Part shown: positions 61,304 to 64,000 of the stretch, in pieces
How positions within the stretch are numbered: the first letter of the stretch is position 1
Layout: every line of letters starts with the position of its first letter
NCBI GenBank assembly: GCA_963724295.1
Contig: CAVRUC010000005.1
Location: 256,001-320,000, forward strand
DNA: 64,000 nt
Source of the DNA: an uncultured Chloroflexia bacterium
GTDB lineage: Bacteria; Chloroflexota; Chloroflexia; Thermomicrobiales; UBA6265
Direction of reading: 5' to 3'
Notes under the pieces: model-generated
What the model saw: the letters and a program-made list of their open reading frames with translations, nothing else
What the model was told of the DNA's origin: nothing
Databases searched by the model: none
Made by a program: the position numbers and the translations under genes

Positions 61304-61719
61304 TTCAGCTTCCTTCTATGGCCGACACGTGCTAGCTGCCTGAAATGGCTCTGCTCGTCAGGGGTGTGCACGTTACGGGCCAACCGGGCGAAGGTAAAAA
61401 TCCCGCTCACTTGTCGAGATCGGCGCGAGTCTCGGCGCAGGTATTGGTGAAGTCGCCTGGCACCACACAGCGTCGCCATAGCCGACCTCCCACTCGGGGC
61501 CAATCCCTCAGAAATAGTAGAGGGGGACATGGGCCTAGGGATCCCTAAGCCTTTACGATGCAGAGAGGGCGGTTCTCTAGGAGCGCACCAGCGAGAGGAG
61601 CTAGAAGCGAATGGATCGGAAGCTGGGTGTGTCCGTAATGGGTGGCGACCTTCGTCTGGACGGTGTCAGGCGCGTCTGCAAGAGTCATTCCGGAGAGTGG
61701 GAAACATCGCTGTCGTTGC

Positions 61720-62440
61720 CCGGACGGGGTGTCCTGCTGACACCACCCCGGGTGTCGTGTGGACACCCGACCCCCCGTCGTGACGACACCCCCCTGGTGT
61801 CCTGCTGACACCCCAAGAAGTAAACACAGAGAAGAAAACACAAGGAAGAAGGAATTTTCCGAACGAATCGACAGCAAAACGGCAAGGAGGGGTCGCTTGC
61901 TCTCCTGCAGTCAGTCGTCATGGCCAGGGTCGGGCTGACGAAACGTGCCGGTGTGGGTTCCACCGCTCGGCGAGCTGGCCCGGTGGATCGACGCCGGCGG
62001 CGCAGATCTGGAGAGCCGGCTGCGGCCGGCAGCCGGGTTGAGCGGCGAGTTTGGGCGCGGTCGATGCCGGCGATTACAAAGCGGGGGCGTTGGGCCGCTT
62101 TATTGCGATTGCGAGTGAAGGATTCCTTCAGGCAGATGCCAGGCTGGCGACGGGATGGTGTGCCCCGCGCAAGGCTGATGCGACGGCAGCTGGATGGCTC
62201 TGCAGTGGGCGGCGGTCGTTATCGAAGCGTTTCAACCTGCAGGTCTGAGAGGCACGCTGGGGGATGGGCATCATCGCGCTTGCTGGCGCTGACCGGGTGT
62301 CCTGATGACCCCCTGGCCCCGCACCCTATGCGCCCTCCCCCCGCAACGGCTGCACCCCCCCACCGTCAATCTGTGCACCTCCCCCCGCAGCCTGTACACC
62401 CCAGGAAGGAAACACAGTTAAGGGCAACACAATGAAGGAG
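61720..62440 (+). mobile_element. Degenerate phage/plasmid-type replication-region remnant (iteron-like repeats plus A-rich tracts)
   Basis: GGTGTCCTGCTGACACC twice plus variants followed by AAGAAGTAAACACAGAGAAGAAAACACAA; a related block at 62290-62440; no intact ORF. Confidence 0.35.
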
Positions 62441-62828
62441 GGAGTACTCGAACGAAAGAGAGAAGACTCGTTGTTCTCCTACACAGGGACGACCGATTGA
62501 ATCGGCAAACGTGAGCCACCGCAGTCGACGACTCGGCTCGGCGGAAGCAGCTCTGTGGGAAGATCAGCGCGCGGCAGGTCCGGGGAAGCCCTGGAACTGC
62601 ATGGCTTTGACGTGATTCCGATGGCACTATTGTCTACGAGACCGGTTGAGCGAGGACCCCGTTTGCCGTGAGAGCTTGGCGTCCGCGCCTGTTGGCTTGT
62701 GCACTTCTGTCCGTCGCGTCTGCGCTCGGGACTGATGTTGGGATGCAGCAGTCGTTTCCCACCACCTGAGTGATCTGCGGTCAGCGAGGGACCTCAAGGA
62801 ACGACCCGAACTAAGCGTGCCTCAAGCC

Positions 62829-64000
62829 TCAACTAGGGAAGCCGAAAGCCAGGCATCTACTCTCAGTGCCCAGCTGCTCCGCAGCGTCCTTCGGGGTGAT
62901 GTGCTCTGAAGCGTCCCAATCTATTCTGTCGATCCGAATCTCGCCCACGCTTATTGCACCTTGCGTACCTGAATCCGACCGCCTAAACCCGACCAGTGCG
63001 GCTACATTCGTCCGATATTCGACGGCGAACGCGACCGTCTGGTAGAGATCCGAGCGGACCCAATCTTTGTCCGTCCACTTGTACTTCACATCGGCAACCG
63101 CGAACCCATCGTCGATGACGAGATCGGGGTTGAAGGTCAAGACTCGAGCCGACGAGTTGCCGACCCTTCTTCTCGATACCCCAGCGATCACCAAGGCGCC
63201 GCTGCAGAATTCGCCGAATGCCCTCTTCGACCATCTCTGGCGTACGGATGAGGAACGTTCGCGCGTAGTGCGCACCGGCCTCGATCGTCCTCCCTTGTCC
63301 CGCAAGGATGTGCCGAGCTAACCCTAGAGCATTCCCGTAGTACGCGGTCCGGCGGTCCGTCCGTGCCCGCTCGTCGCCGGGCCGGATCGACGTGACATCG
63401 TCCATCCTCGCTGCAATCGAAAGGGCCCGACGTCGGTCGGACCGTGGGAGGGTGCTGCTCGCGGCAACATGGCGGGCACCCGCGAGCAGGATCCGATTGA
63501 GCGCCGTATTCGCTCCGAACTCCTCGAACTCGCAGAGTGCCTCAACGCGGCCCGAGTTCAAGGCGAGCACGGTGCGCACCGGGTCGACGCGCCCGCGTAT
63601 CACTTTGAGCCACCCTCCGGCTTCCTGATAGTCGCGCATCAGGTCTTTCCGGAGCACGCCCTCCATCTCTACGAGATACCACTTAGCAACGAGTTCCCAG
63701 AGCGAAGCACCCGTCATCGCACGAGCTATCTGCTCGTCCATGCGAGGGAACCGGCCAGATTCGCCGAAGAGGTAGAGGAAGTGGCTCATGGGGATCTTCG
63801 GTCGGACTTCGATCTGGAGATCGCCGATCGACAGCAGTCCAACCGCGTCGGCCACGCGGACCGTCCATAGCCCGCTGCTGTGTGGCGTGCAGCGGATCAC
63901 GCTTCGATCCTCGGGAGCGTCCGATTCTCCCCACCACGCTTTGTCTGATGCCAGCCTTCGTCCTGCGGTGCTGAGCGCCGCGGCCTCGTCCGCGCTCATC
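62829..64000 (-). CDS. mcrC: McrC-family restriction subunit (5' end off the window; frameshift near 63141)
   Basis: VGLLSIGDLQIEVRPKI, IRGR, EFEEFGANTALNRIL; PD-(D/E)xK core FNPDLVIDDG..VADVKYK...DLYQ. Confidence 0.85.

Overview
High-GC bacterial chromosome segment, most likely Chloroflexota, Thermomicrobiales-like. That assignment is an inference from the rny-spoVS-PHP, rplI-dnaB-dnaD-loader and plsX-HU-trmH-rplT-rpmI-infC gene orders, an LPXTG protein and recurring 'AQ(D/E)ATP' mature N-termini. It carries housekeeping genes (groES/groEL with CIRCE, rny, ispDF, dtd, rplI, dnaB, plsX, hup, rplT, rpmI, infC with an AUU start), many accessory enzymes, an OmpR/BaeS-type two-component system, a copper-protein cluster, and the edge of a likely foreign island with mcrC at the right end. 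The top candidate novelty is a family of three exported Gly/Asn/Ala-rich proteins built from the same two-part (A+B) repeat module: a 4x(AB) secreted protein, an AB protein with an Asn-rich insert and an LPKTG anchor, and an adjacent small circularly permuted BA protein with two Cys. By analogy with Streptomyces long and short chaplins this may be an undescribed surface fibre or functional amyloid system. Other observations are two modular TCAGGGGG/hairpin palindromic arrays, pervasive 7-8-mer tandem repeats, a 37-bp duplicated putative response-regulator box, a possible 6S-like RNA before rny, unannotated small ORFs, and six single-base frameshifts that are probably assembly errors. All calls come from reading motifs by eye; no database searches were run.
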